A stretch of DNA of 64,000 nt, taken from positions 3,474,472 to 3,538,471 of the forward strand of contig NZ_BLIZ01000001.1 in the NCBI RefSeq assembly GCF_019972315.1. The letters run 5' to 3'. A program made the translations under genes and the position numbers. The notes beneath the pieces are model-generated. The model was not told where the DNA came from. It made no database searches and saw nothing but the letters and a program-made list of their open reading frames with translations. Below, one piece after another: positions 49,446 through 60,242 of the stretch (position 1 is the stretch's first letter; every line of letters starts with the position of its first letter). This DNA comes from Geobacter sp. AOG1 (GTDB lineage Bacteria; Desulfobacterota; Desulfuromonadia; Geobacterales; Geobacteraceae).

Positions 49446-52109
49446 CTATTTCTTACCCGCCAGCTCCAGTACCGCCGGCAATACCACAATAAACGCAATC
49501 TGGCACGCCACCATCCCGAGACACATCACCGCACCGATGCTGAACACCCCCTGGTGCCGGGCAACCATGAGGGCGCCGAAGCTGGCCATGATGGTGAGGG
49601 TGTTGAGGAAGACGCCGATGCCGGTGCTGGAGAGGACCACCTGGCGCGGCGTTTCGTCCTCGCGCCGGTACCGGTTGATGAGGTAGATACCCGAATCGAC
49701 GGCGATGCCGAGGACCAGGGGGAGGACGATGACGTTGGCGGAGTTGAAGCTGATGCCGAAGAGCCGCATGCCGGCCACCATGAAGAGGAGACCCACCGCC
49801 AGGGGAACCAGCCCGATCAGGGCGTAGCGGACGCTCCGGAAGGCGACGAGCAGGATGGCGGCGATGGCGGCGATGGCGTAGAAGAAGGCGTTTCGGTAAG
49901 AGTCCCGGAGGACGGTCATGGATTCGTAGACCATCACCGGCTCACCGGTGGCAGCCGGATCGACGGAGCGGACATCGTCAAGGAACCGTTTGAGTGGCTC
50001 CCGGGCGAATATCTCCTCCTTCGGGGCCACCTGGAGGAGGTATTTGCCGGTCTTGCCGACAAAGCGCTGCATGAGCTGGGGGGGAACATCGGCCGCCTGT
50101 ACCGGCCTGGCGGCCAGGCTCTGGCGCAGCATGCCGATCCGCACGGGCATCTCGGCGAACATCCCCCCCTGGAAGTCCTTGAGCATCCCGACCGCGCTGG
50201 TGTCCTTCTTCTTCTCCAGGGTGGCGAAGAAGCGGTCAAGGGTGGCGAGGAAGTCACCCACCGGTTTTACCTCCGGCCGTTTTTCCTGCTCCAGGCGGCT
50301 CTTCAGCTTCGCCACCCGATTCCGGAAATTCTCGAAGACCGTCGGCAACTCCATGAGCCGCAGGTCCTCCTCATAGGGGGCCGTCTTGATCCCGTCCAGG
50401 GACTGACGGGCGGCCGCCAGGAGGCGGAGCTTCTCCCCCTGGTCGTCGGGGACGAAGGTGCGGGCCCAGACCACGTGATCGACGGTGGGGAGCTTCTCCA
50501 GCCGCCGCGCCTTCTCCGCCGCCTCGGCCTCCGTTGCCGCCATGACCACGGCGAAGTAGCCGGCGTTTTCCTTGCTCCGCATCAACTTGTAGGCGTAGGT
50601 AACCGATTCGAGCCCCCGGGCCTGGAGGTTCATCAGGTTGTAGTCGAACTCGCTCCGGGCAAGGGGGTAGACGCAGGCGAGGGAGAGGACCAGGGCGGCG
50701 GCCAGGACGGCGCGGGGACGGCCGAAAACGAGCCGCTGCCAGGCCGGCTCCCCCACTGACGCACGAGGTTTCGGCATACGGGCCGGGAAGATTGTGAGAA
50801 GAGCCGGCAGGACGGTGAAGGTGACGATGACGCAGATGGCGATGCCACCGGCGGCGATGATCCCGAGCTCGGCGATCCCCTTGAAGTCGGTGAAGGCGAA
50901 GGTGGCAAAGGCGGCCGCCACGGTGGCCGCCGCCATGGTGATGGGCCAGCCGTTGCGGGCGAGGGCGGTCCGGAGCGCCTCGTTCTTCTGCGCGCCGCGC
51001 CCCAGTTCCTCCTGCATCCGGAGAATGATCTGGATGCCGTACTCGATGCCGATGCCGATGAGCATGACGGCGAAGACCGAGGAGAGGATGTTCAGGTGGC
51101 CAATCGCCAGGGTGGCGAAGCCGAAGGAGCAGCAGATGGCGACCCCCAGGGCAATCATGGCGGCGACGGTGTTGATGATGCCGCGGAAGGCTACCAGGAG
51201 CAGGATAACGGTCAGCACGAGGGTTATCGCCGTGGCGAGGGTGATATCGTGCTTGCTGGTGACCATCTCCTCGTGCTCCAGTACCGGCGTGCCGGTAATC
51301 CCCACCGATACCCCGGCGAACTCGGGGAGCTTGCGCAGGGCGGCGATCTCGGTCCGCAGGGCGTCGATGGCGGCTGCCGACTGCATGAAGCTCGATTCGT
51401 CCTTGACCGGAAGGACCGTCAGCACCTGCTGGCGGCCGGCGGTGGCAAAGGATGACTCACTCCCGTCGGGGCGGCGGAACATGACACTCTCCAGGGAAAG
51501 CCCGGCCCCACCACCCTTGCTGAAGCTGCCGATCCCGTCCCCCAGGGCGCCGAGCATGAAGACGAGACGATCGAGACGCGCCTGTTCGGTGGACGCTGCG
51601 GGAGCCGCCAGCAGGTCATCCATCTCACCGGTAAGGTGGGTGAAAAGGGTCTGTACCGACGGGGCGGCTGCCAGCGCCTTCAGGGTCGGCGCAGCCTTGG
51701 TCAGGTTGGCGGTGAAGGTGGCAAGCTCCTCCCGGGGCATGAGAAGGAGACCGTTCTGCTGGAAAAAGGGGAGACCGAAGGGGAAGAACACCTCGCGGAA
51801 GTGCTTCCTGTCCGCGGTGAGGCGCTGTGCCAGCCGTTCGCCGAAACGGCCGGCCAAGGTGCTGTCGCTGCTTTCGATGACAACGGCAATCTCTTCCTGG
51901 TCGCCGAATTCGGCCCGGTAAGCCTGGTAATCCCGGTTGAAGGCGGTATTGGCCGGCATCAGCTGGTCGCGGCCGGTGAGGAACTGGAGCCGCTGCTGCG
52001 TGACGACGATCGCCAGCAGCGAAACGAGAAGCGCCACCGTCAGGATCAGGCGGGGATGCCTGGTGATTACGCCATAAAAGCCATGATATGCCCTGGTATC
52101 CGTTTTCAT
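49446..52109 (-). CDS. hpnN: RND/MMPL-family hopanoid transporter
   Basis: ~887 aa, two MMPL 6-TM bundles with large periplasmic loops; divergent from shc; start at ATG 52109 after GGAGAGAGG. Confidence 0.85.
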   Translation of the reverse strand: MKTDTRAYHGFYGVITRHPRLILTVALLVSLLAIVVTQQRLQFLTGRDQLMPANTAFNRDYQAYRAEFGDQEEIAVVIESSDSTLAGRFGERLAQRLTADRKHFREVFFPFGLPFFQQNGLLLMPREELATFTANLTKAAPTLKALAAAPSVQTLFTHLTGEMDDLLAAPAASTEQARLDRLVFMLGALGDGIGSFSKGGGAGLSLESVMFRRPDGSESSFATAGRQQVLTVLPVKDESSFMQSAAAIDALRTEIAALRKLPEFAGVSVGITGTPVLEHEEMVTSKHDITLATAITLVLTVILLLVAFRGIINTVAAMIALGVAICCSFGFATLAIGHLNILSSVFAVMLIGIGIEYGIQIILRMQEELGRGAQKNEALRTALARNGWPITMAAATVAAAFATFAFTDFKGIAELGIIAAGGIAICVIVTFTVLPALLTIFPARMPKPRASVGEPAWQRLVFGRPRAVLAAALVLSLACVYPLARSEFDYNLMNLQARGLESVTYAYKLMRSKENAGYFAVVMAATEAEAAEKARRLEKLPTVDHVVWARTFVPDDQGEKLRLLAAARQSLDGIKTAPYEEDLRLMELPTVFENFRNRVAKLKSRLEQEKRPEVKPVGDFLATLDRFFATLEKKKDTSAVGMLKDFQGGMFAEMPVRIGMLRQSLAARPVQAADVPPQLMQRFVGKTGKYLLQVAPKEEIFAREPLKRFLDDVRSVDPAATGEPVMVYESMTVLRDSYRNAFFYAIAAIAAILLVAFRSVRYALIGLVPLAVGLLFMVAGMRLFGISFNSANVIVLPLVLGIAVDSGIYLINRYRREDETPRQVVLSSTGIGVFLNTLTIMASFGALMVARHQGVFSIGAVMCLGMVACQIAFIVVLPAVLELAGKK

Positions 52110-52360
52110 GCAACCTCTCTCCACCGATTTTCACAAACGGTGGCACCGTAGCATAGAGTGGAGGGGGAAATCAACCGCGACCCCCCTCGCACGGTAAAAC
52201 CACCTTGAATCATTACAGCAAAGTGTCGGCTACATGAAAATGGTGTACCTCGACGGCAAAATATGTTAGAAATAACCGCTTATTGGTAAATTACAACCAA
52301 TCCCGCACCACGCGGCGGCGAAAACCCGTTCGCTGCGTGCCCCAAGGAGAATCCGAGACG

Positions 52361-54400
52361 ATGAAGTCTTGCAAATACCCCATTTCCCACGCCCTCACGT
52401 CGTTCAACGGTGTAAATGGAGAATCGGCAGTTCCGGCAGACAAGAAACCGGCGGCAAAAATACACCATCTCCCCGCATCCATCTGGAAAAAGAAGGAAGG
52501 AGAGGCACAGAGCCCCCTCGACCAGGCCATCGAGCGGAGTCGCGACTTCTTCTTCCGCGAACAGCTCCCCGCCGGCTACTGGTGGGCGGAACTGGAGTCC
52601 AACTGTACCATCACCGCCGAGTACATCATGCTCTTTCATTTCCTCGGCATGGTGGACAAGCAGAAAGAGCGGAAGATGGCCAACTACCTCCTCTCCAAGC
52701 AGACGGAGGAGGGGTTCTGGACCATCTACTACGGTGGCCCCGGCGACCTCTCCACCAGCGTGGAGGCCTATTTCGCCCTCAAGCTGGCCGGGTATTCTGC
52801 CGACCACCCGGCCATGGTCAAGGCCCGGGCGTTCATCCTGAACAACGGCGGGATCATCAAGACCCGGGTCTTCACCAAGATATTCCTTGCCCTGTTCGGC
52901 GAGTTCGCCTGGTTCGGCGTCCCCTCCATGCCGATCGAGCTGATGCTCCTCCCCAACTGGGCCTACTTCAACCTCTACGAGTTCTCCAGCTGGTCCCGGG
53001 CAACCATCATCCCCCTCTCCATAGTCATGACGGAGCGACCGGTACGCAAGCTCCCCCCGCGGGCGCGGGTGCAGGAACTGTACGTCCGACCGCCGCGCCC
53101 CATCGATTACACCTTCACCAAGGAAGACGGCATCCTCACCTGGAAGAACTTCTTTATCGGCGTGGACCACATGCTCAAGGTGTATGAGAGCAGCCCGATC
53201 CGGCCGTTCAAGAAGAAGGCGCTGTCCATCGCCGAACAGTGGGTCCTGGACCACCAGGAACCGACGGGGGACTGGGGAGGGATCCAGCCGGCCATGCTCA
53301 ACTCCGTCCTGGCGCTCCACTGCCTCGGCTACGACAACGACCACCCGGCGGTAGCAAAGGGGCTGGAAGCCCTGGCCAACTTCTGCATCGAGGATGACGA
53401 CGGCCTCGTGCTCCAGTCGTGCATCTCTCCCGTCTGGGACACGGCCCTGGCCCTCAAGGCGCTCGTCGACGCCGGCGTACCGACCGACCACCCCTCACTG
53501 GTCAAGGCGACCCAATGGCTGATCGATCGCGAAGTCCGGAAGGACGGGGACTGGAAGATAAAATCCCCGGACCTGAAACCGGGTGGATGGGCGTTCGAGT
53601 TCCTCAACGACTGGTATCCCGACGTGGACGACTCCGGCTTCGTCATGATGGCCATCAAGGATGTGCCGGTAAAGAATAGCAAGTCGAAGGACCAGGCTAT
53701 CAAGCGGGGCATCGCCTGGTGCCTCGGCATGCAGAGCAAGAACGGTGGCTGGGGCGCCTTCGACAAGGACAACACCAAGCATCTCCTGAACAAGATCCCC
53801 TTCGCCGACCTGGAAGCCCTCATCGACCCGCCGACCGCCGACCTGACGGGGCGGATGCTGGAGCTTATGGGGACCTTCGGTTACGGCAAGGAGTATCCGG
53901 CGGCGGTCCGCGCCCTCGACTTCGTCAAGCAGAACCAGGAACCGGACGGAAGCTGGTGGGGACGCTGGGGAGTCAATTACATCTATGGCACCTGGTCGGT
54001 CCTCTGCGGCCTGGCGGCCATCGGGGAAAATCTCTCCCAGTCCTACATCCAGCGGGCGGTCAACTGGCTCAAGTCGAAACAGAACCTGGACGGCGGCTGG
54101 GGTGAGACCTGCGAATCGTACCACGATCCGACCCTTGGCGGTTGCGGCGAAAGCACCCCCTCCCAGACCGCCTGGGCGCTCCTGGCATTGATGGCGGCGG
54201 GAGAAGTGGATTCATCCACCGTCAGCAGGGGGATCCAGTATCTGCTCGACCAGCAGAAGGGGGACGGAACGTGGGACGAGGACCAGTACACCGGCACCGG
54301 TTTCCCCAAGTTCTTCATGATCAAGTACCATATCTACCGGAACTGCTTCCCCCTCACCGCCCTCGGCACCTACCGCAACCTGACCCGGAAACGGCAATAG
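52361..54400 (+). CDS. shc: squalene-hopene cyclase
   Basis: 679 aa; QW repeats and DxDD-type motif region (…YPDVDDSGFVMMA…); start at ATG 52361 after AAGGAG. Confidence 0.95.
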   Translation: MKSCKYPISHALTSFNGVNGESAVPADKKPAAKIHHLPASIWKKKEGEAQSPLDQAIERSRDFFFREQLPAGYWWAELESNCTITAEYIMLFHFLGMVDKQKERKMANYLLSKQTEEGFWTIYYGGPGDLSTSVEAYFALKLAGYSADHPAMVKARAFILNNGGIIKTRVFTKIFLALFGEFAWFGVPSMPIELMLLPNWAYFNLYEFSSWSRATIIPLSIVMTERPVRKLPPRARVQELYVRPPRPIDYTFTKEDGILTWKNFFIGVDHMLKVYESSPIRPFKKKALSIAEQWVLDHQEPTGDWGGIQPAMLNSVLALHCLGYDNDHPAVAKGLEALANFCIEDDDGLVLQSCISPVWDTALALKALVDAGVPTDHPSLVKATQWLIDREVRKDGDWKIKSPDLKPGGWAFEFLNDWYPDVDDSGFVMMAIKDVPVKNSKSKDQAIKRGIAWCLGMQSKNGGWGAFDKDNTKHLLNKIPFADLEALIDPPTADLTGRMLELMGTFGYGKEYPAAVRALDFVKQNQEPDGSWWGRWGVNYIYGTWSVLCGLAAIGENLSQSYIQRAVNWLKSKQNLDGGWGETCESYHDPTLGGCGESTPSQTAWALLALMAAGEVDSSTVSRGIQYLLDQQKGDGTWDEDQYTGTGFPKFFMIKYHIYRNCFPLTALGTYRNLTRKRQ

Positions 54401-54564
54401 AAGGCTGCCTCCCGGCAGCTTTCCCGGACACAAACCCGAGCGGAAGACCGGAAGAATCCTGCATTCTTCCTGCCTTCCGCTCTTCCACTTTCTGGTGCGC
54501 CACAGGCACGGAGTTATTTGTTTGCAGGCCGGACGCCAGATAAGATAGGATAGACGGTAAATTC

Positions 54565-55551
54565 ATGAAGGTATTCGTCACCGGTGCCACCGGTTTCATA
54601 GGCGCCAGCCTGGCAAGGGAGCTACTCCAGGATGGCTGCACGGTCAGGGCGCTGGCCAGACCCGGTTCCGACCTACGCAACCTGCAGGGAGTGGATGTCG
54701 AGATATGTACCGGCGACCTGCGGGACCCGGACTCCCTCGAACGGGGGATGCGAGGGTGCGAGCGGCTCTTTCACGCCGCCGCCGACTACCGCCTCTGGAC
54801 CAGGGACCCTGCAGCCATGTATGCCAGCAATGTGGCCGGAACCCGCAACATACTGGAAGTGGCCCTGAAGCTCGGGATGTCCCGCGTGGTCTATACGAGC
54901 AGCGTCGGCACCCTAGGAAACCCGGGAGACGGGACGCCGGGATCGGAGTCCACCCCAGTCACCCTGGCCGACATGGTGGGGCACTACAAGAAGAGCAAGT
55001 TCCTGGCGGAACGGGAGGCGGAGAGCTTCATTCCCCGCGGCCTGCCGCTGGTCATCGTCAATCCGTCCACCCCTGTCGGCCCCCGGGACGTGAAACCGAC
55101 TCCGACCGGCAAGATCATCGTCGACTTCCTCAACCGGAAAATGCCCGCCTACTTGGACACCGGCCTCAACCTCATCGACGTGGAGGATTGCGCCCGGGGG
55201 CACATCCTTGCTGCCGACAAGGGGCGGGTCGGTGAGAAATACATCCTGGGGAACGAGAACCTGACCCTGCGGCAGATATTCGCCCTGCTGGAGGAACTGA
55301 CCGGCCTACCTGCCCCCCGGCTCCGTCTCCCCCACACCCCGATTCTCCTTGCCGCCTATCTGAACGAGGGATTGTCGCGACTGACCGGGAAGGAGCCGCT
55401 CATCCCCCTGGCCGGGGTGCAGATGGCGAAGAAGTTCATGTATTTCGATGCCCACAAGGCGGTGCGGGAACTGGGCCTTCCCCAACGGCCGGCCGGGGAG
55501 GCGTTGGCGCGGGCGGTAGAATGGTTCCGTGGCAACGGCTACGCAAAGTGA
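54565..55551 (+). CDS. hpnA: hopanoid-associated NAD-dependent sugar epimerase/dehydratase
   Basis: 328 aa MKVFVTGATGFIGASLAREL... YxxxK; between shc and dxs. Confidence 0.88.
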   Translation: MKVFVTGATGFIGASLARELLQDGCTVRALARPGSDLRNLQGVDVEICTGDLRDPDSLERGMRGCERLFHAAADYRLWTRDPAAMYASNVAGTRNILEVALKLGMSRVVYTSSVGTLGNPGDGTPGSESTPVTLADMVGHYKKSKFLAEREAESFIPRGLPLVIVNPSTPVGPRDVKPTPTGKIIVDFLNRKMPAYLDTGLNLIDVEDCARGHILAADKGRVGEKYILGNENLTLRQIFALLEELTGLPAPRLRLPHTPILLAAYLNEGLSRLTGKEPLIPLAGVQMAKKFMYFDAHKAVRELGLPQRPAGEALARAVEWFRGNGYAK

Positions 55552-55626
55552 AACCGTTCAAGGTTCAACGTTCAAGGTTGCGTTGCTCGATTGTTGACCA
55601 GAGAATGCGGTTTGAGGAGAACGTTT

Positions 55627-57534
55627 ATGTATCCATTGCTTGACCGAATAGAGAGTCCGGCAGACCTTAAAAAGCTTCCCCAGGAGAAGCTGGTAGAACT
55701 GGCAGCCGAAATCCGCCAGTTCCTGCTGGCAAATGTTTCCCAGACCGGCGGCCACCTGGCATCCAATCTGGGATGCGTGGAACTCACCCTGGCCATCCAT
55801 TACTGCTTCAACTCGCCGGCCGACCGGATCATCTTCGACGTCGGGCATCAGGCTTACACCCACAAGATTCTCACCGGCCGCCGCGACCAGTTCCCTACCC
55901 AGCGTCAGTACCAGGGGATCAGCGGTTTCCCGAAAAGGTCCGAGTCTCCCTACGACGCATTCGGTGCCGGGCACTCCGCCACCTCCATCTCCGCCGGGCT
56001 CGGGATGGCGGTCGGCCGGGACCTGCAGGGGGGTGACAACAAGGTTATCGCCGTCATCGGCGACGGCTCCATGACCGGCGGCATGGCCTTCGAGGCCCTC
56101 AACCAGGCCGGCCACCTGAAAAAAAACCTGATCGTCATCCTGAACGACAACGAGATGTCCATCTCCAAAAATGTCGGCGCATTCTCCAGCTTCCTCTCCA
56201 AGAAGCTGACCGGCAACTACTACCGGGACCTGAAGAAGGAGATGAAGGAACTTCTGGAGGGTATCCCCGCCATCGGTGGCAACATCCTCCATTTCGCCCG
56301 GAAGGCGGAGAACTCACTCAAGGGGTTTCTCACCCCCGGCGCCCTCTTCGAGGCCCTGGCTTTCGACTACTTCGGCCCTCTCCAGGGGCACAATCTCCCC
56401 CATTTGATTGAAATGCTGGAAAACGCCCGCGCGCTGGAGGGGCCGGTCCTTATCCACGTCATGACCACCAAGGGAAAAGGATATCCTCCTGCGGAAAAGA
56501 ACCCGGACCAGTTTCACGGCGTCGGCCCCTTCGACGTGGCGACCGGCAAGGTAACCGCCGGCAAGGGAGGAGCCAAGTCCTACACCGGCATCTTCGGCGA
56601 AACGCTCGTCAAACTGGCCGGAGATGACCCGAAAATCGTGGCCATAACCGCCGCCATGCCCGACGGTACCGGACTCACCCCCTTTGCCCAGGCATACCCG
56701 GAACGGTTCTTCGACGTGGGAATCGCCGAACAGCATGGCCTCACCTTCGCTGCCGGACTCGCCGCCGACGGGTTCCGGCCGGTGGCCGCCATCTACTCGA
56801 CCTTTGTCCAGAGGGCCTACGACCAGGTATTCCACGACATCTGTCTGCAGAAGCTCCCCGTCACCCTGGCACTGGACCGGGCAGGGCTCGTGGGTGACGA
56901 CGGTCCCACCCACCACGGCGTGTTCGACCTTTCCTATCTCCGCCACCTGCCGGAAATGACCCTCATGGCGCCAAAGGACGAAAACGAGTTGCAGCACATG
57001 CTGAAGACCGCCATCTACGCCGACCGCCCCATGGCCCTCCGCTATCCCCGCGGTAACGGCTACGGGGTCAGGCTGGACCAGGAGATCACGGAACTCCCCA
57101 TCGGCAAAGGGGAGATGCTCGCCGACGGCAACGACCTGGCTATCATCGCCATCGGCTGCACCGTCTACCCGGCACTGGAAGCGGCAACGTTGCTCGCGGA
57201 GCAGGGTATCCGCGCGACCGTTATCAATGCCCGTTTCGTCAAGCCCCTGGACCGTGAACTGATCCTGGCGGCGGCCAACCGGACCGGCTGCCTCATCACC
57301 GTGGAGGAAAACGCCCTGCAGGGGGGCTTTGGCTCCGCGGTCCTGGAACTCCTGGAGCAGGAAGAGGTCACGGGGGTGCGGGTCAAACGGCTCGGCATCC
57401 CCGACCGGTACATCGAACAAGGGCCCCAGCCCCGGCTGCGGGCCGACCTCGGCCTCGACGCGGCCGGCATCGCCGCCACTGCAGAGGCGTTTCTCCAGCA
57501 TAACGGAAAACCGGCCCTGGCCCGGGTGAAGTAA
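55627..57534 (+). CDS. dxs: 1-deoxy-D-xylulose-5-phosphate synthase
   Basis: [17 protein letters not shown]...GHLASNLG...[15 protein letters not shown]... TPP-binding; start ATG 55627 after GAGGAGAA. Confidence 0.95.
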   Translation: MYPLLDRIESPADLKKLPQEKLVELAAEIRQFLLANVSQTGGHLASNLGCVELTLAIHYCFNSPADRIIFDVGHQAYTHKILTGRRDQFPTQRQYQGISGFPKRSESPYDAFGAGHSATSISAGLGMAVGRDLQGGDNKVIAVIGDGSMTGGMAFEALNQAGHLKKNLIVILNDNEMSISKNVGAFSSFLSKKLTGNYYRDLKKEMKELLEGIPAIGGNILHFARKAENSLKGFLTPGALFEALAFDYFGPLQGHNLPHLIEMLENARALEGPVLIHVMTTKGKGYPPAEKNPDQFHGVGPFDVATGKVTAGKGGAKSYTGIFGETLVKLAGDDPKIVAITAAMPDGTGLTPFAQAYPERFFDVGIAEQHGLTFAAGLAADGFRPVAAIYSTFVQRAYDQVFHDICLQKLPVTLALDRAGLVGDDGPTHHGVFDLSYLRHLPEMTLMAPKDENELQHMLKTAIYADRPMALRYPRGNGYGVRLDQEITELPIGKGEMLADGNDLAIIAIGCTVYPALEAATLLAEQGIRATVINARFVKPLDRELILAAANRTGCLITVEENALQGGFGSAVLELLEQEEVTGVRVKRLGIPDRYIEQGPQPRLRADLGLDAAGIAATAEAFLQHNGKPALARVK

Positions 57535-57577
57535 GGAAAACTAAACACCCACCACAGAGCCACGGAGGGAAACCATT

Positions 57578-57690
57578 AACCCCGAATTAACAGGGATGAA
57601 CAGGATATACAGGATAAAGCATGAACCCAATGAGCTGGTTATGTTATCCTGATTATCCTGAATATCCCTGTTAATATTCGCGTCAGTTTT
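57578..57690. repeat. ~100-nt imperfect palindrome in the dxs-hpnH intergenic region
   Basis: ATTAACAGGGAT..CAGGATA..CAGGATAA / TTATCCTG..TATCCTG..ATCCCTGTTAAT arms around a ~26-nt centre. Confidence 0.7.
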
Positions 57691-57751
57691 TTCTCTGTCT
57701 GTCCGCAGCAGATTTTCGAAAGACTTTATCCATGAAAGGAAGTACCGTTAC

Positions 57752-58750
57752 ATGCGTTTTCCCTGGAAATTGAACTACGACCTCACCAAATACATCATCG
57801 CCAACAAGCTGAACAAAACCGACAAATACCCGCTGGTGCTGATGCTGGAACCGACCCACCTCTGCAACCTGGCCTGCTCGGGGTGCGGCCGGATCCGCGA
57901 GTACGCCGACACCATCCAGGAGATGATGACCCTGGAGGAGTGCCTCGCCTCGGTTGACGAGTGCCCGGCCCCGGTGGTCACCATCACCGGCGGCGAGCCG
58001 TTCCTCTACCCCCCCATCTTCGACCTCATCAAGGGAGTCCTGGACCGGGGGAAGCACATCTACTTCTGCACCAACGGCCTGCTCCTGGAAAAGGCCCTGG
58101 ACAGCATGGAGCCCCACACCAACTTCACCCTCAACGTCCACATGGACGGCCTGGAGGAGACCCACGACCGGATTCTGGAGCGGAAGGGGACTTTCAGGAC
58201 CGCCATGTCGGCAATCGCCAAGGCCAAGGCGCGGGGCTTCCGGGTCTGCACCAACACCACCATCTTCAAGGAGACCGACCTCGTCGAGATCGAGATGCTT
58301 TTCTCCCAACTGACCGACCTGGGAGTGGACGGCATCCTGGTGGCCCCCGGCTTCGGCTACGAGGCTGTTGGCGAGAAACTCTTCCTTGAGCGGCGGGATA
58401 TCGAGCGGAAGTTCGAGCAGGTCTACGAGATGAGCAAGCGGTTCCGCTTCTACTCCACCCCCATGTACCTCAAGTTCCTCAAGGGAGAGCGAAAGCTGGA
58501 GTGCACGCCGTGGGGGAACCCGACCCGCAACCCTCGTGGCTGGAAGGCCCCCTGCTACCTCATCACCGACACCCACTATCCCTCATTCCGGGAGATGATG
58601 GAAAAGACCGACTGGAGCAAGTACGGGGTCGGCAAGGACGAGCGCTGCGCCCAATGCATGATGCACTGCGGCTTCGAGCCGACTGTCGTCACCGAGGTGG
58701 GGAAGAGCTGGAAAGATATCTGGGAGATGATCGTCTGGAACCTGACCTAG
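57752..58750 (+). CDS. hpnH: hopanoid-biosynthesis radical SAM protein (adenosylhopane synthase)
   Basis: 332 aa ...LMLEPTHLCNLACSGCGRI... CxxxCxxC; HpnH-like. Confidence 0.9.
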   Translation: MRFPWKLNYDLTKYIIANKLNKTDKYPLVLMLEPTHLCNLACSGCGRIREYADTIQEMMTLEECLASVDECPAPVVTITGGEPFLYPPIFDLIKGVLDRGKHIYFCTNGLLLEKALDSMEPHTNFTLNVHMDGLEETHDRILERKGTFRTAMSAIAKAKARGFRVCTNTTIFKETDLVEIEMLFSQLTDLGVDGILVAPGFGYEAVGEKLFLERRDIERKFEQVYEMSKRFRFYSTPMYLKFLKGERKLECTPWGNPTRNPRGWKAPCYLITDTHYPSFREMMEKTDWSKYGVGKDERCAQCMMHCGFEPTVVTEVGKSWKDIWEMIVWNLT

Positions 58751-59151
58751 CAGGATTGCCGACGAGTTAGAGCGGCTTATAGATTCAATCTCGCAAGAAG
58801 GCAGTTCTCCGGCGATTAAGAACTTGTCCGTACATAACTTTATCAGGGATTGCGTCCGGATTTATGGCAGATTTGACCGGCTTGATTGAGCAAAACCACA
58901 GGCGTAGCCGGGTCTACGTCGAGGATTTTGCGATTGAAAGCCGGACAAAGATGCCGTGAAGACGGAATGCAAGGATAGAAAGCTTATGTGCGGATAAGTT
59001 CTTAGCATTCAAAGGGGCGCTGCTTGCCGCGCTTCGTTTGGACGGAGCAAGCGCCACCCCTAAAGTTCATATGTTCGACCACCACTACAATGTGCCGGCC
59101 AACAGCAGCAACGGTTAAGCATCGACAGACAATGGGCAAACCAATACATTT

Positions 59152-60213
59152 ATGACAAGAATTCACTTTATTTTGCCGAACCGCATAGGCGATTCGATTC
59201 TGGCCTTACCTTCTCTCCTTTGTCTGAAACAACTATTACATAACCACAAGCAAGATCCTGTTGAAATAACTGTATTTTCCCATTTCCCTCTCAACCGATT
59301 CTTCCAAGCGTTAAATCTGTTTGAATTCAGAAACTTTGACTTTTTCTCCAAGGTTATGTCTTGGGTCCATCCGCCAGACAAGGCGTACTTTCTCTCGACA
59401 ACCAGCAAGAACATCGGCTACCAGGCGAAAACCAGGTATGGTCTCCGACTGCCTAACAAAAAGCATGTGCATTATGACATTAATTTGCCCTATCTCGGCA
59501 TGTCACCGCTGGACTCCGAATTGCCGGACGATTTAGTCTCCTTCCTGCAATCAAATTTCTCCCTGCCAATGTACTCAATCAAACATTTTGGCATCTGCCT
59601 TGAGTTTGGCTTTTCAGTCGAACAGATAATCAATGAATTCAGGTTCGATAGTTCCAGCCTCTTGGCCACCAACCAGTATTTCACCAACGATCCGTTGTTT
59701 ACCTCCGAATACATGGTTTTCTGCATGGAAGCGGCATACAACAAAAATCGTGCAGCCTATCGACGCTGGAATGAAGAAAATTTCCTCGCTTTTGCAGAGA
59801 AGCTTTACCTGCACTACGGAATTGAAAGTATTTTCATAGGACTGCAGAACCATCCGCAGATCATGCAGAAGAGTTATTTTAAAGATATGCGGGGGAAACT
59901 CACCTTAGACCAGATTGTACAGCTACTGAGCCATTCACGTGGATACATTGGCAATGACACCGGGCCCCTACATTTGGCTAACCTGTTGAGAAAAAAATCG
60001 ATCGGCATCTATGCCTCCGATGGAGCTATCGCCTATAGACCTCTGTTCCCGGAATTGAACAGGGCATGCCTAAATACACAAACTCCGGAAGAGATTTATT
60101 CTTGTACAGAGTTTCTCATAGCGGATGACTGTCCTCCGGCCCGGGGGAAACAGTCATGCCCCAACCAGAATACGCCAGATCCAACCTGCATACCTTCAAC
60201 TCCGTGTCGTTAA
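59152..60213 (+). CDS. GT9-family glycosyltransferase (heptosyltransferase-like)
   Basis: 353 aa MTRIHFILPNRIGDSILALPSL... and C-terminal ...IGNDTGPLHLANLL...; markedly lower GC than neighbours. Confidence 0.75.
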   Translation: MTRIHFILPNRIGDSILALPSLLCLKQLLHNHKQDPVEITVFSHFPLNRFFQALNLFEFRNFDFFSKVMSWVHPPDKAYFLSTTSKNIGYQAKTRYGLRLPNKKHVHYDINLPYLGMSPLDSELPDDLVSFLQSNFSLPMYSIKHFGICLEFGFSVEQIINEFRFDSSSLLATNQYFTNDPLFTSEYMVFCMEAAYNKNRAAYRRWNEENFLAFAEKLYLHYGIESIFIGLQNHPQIMQKSYFKDMRGKLTLDQIVQLLSHSRGYIGNDTGPLHLANLLRKKSIGIYASDGAIAYRPLFPELNRACLNTQTPEEIYSCTEFLIADDCPPARGKQSCPNQNTPDPTCIPSTPCR

Positions 60214-60242
60214 TCAGCATATTTTTCCGGCGGGGCATCATG

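Noticed and set aside
52283-53491. 403-aa minus-strand ORF and several plus-frame ORFs over shc
   Set aside because: Alternative frames of the squalene-hopene cyclase gene with no similarity to known proteins.
56314-57501. 395-aa minus-strand ORF inside dxs
   Set aside because: Antisense to a strongly conserved Dxs reading frame.
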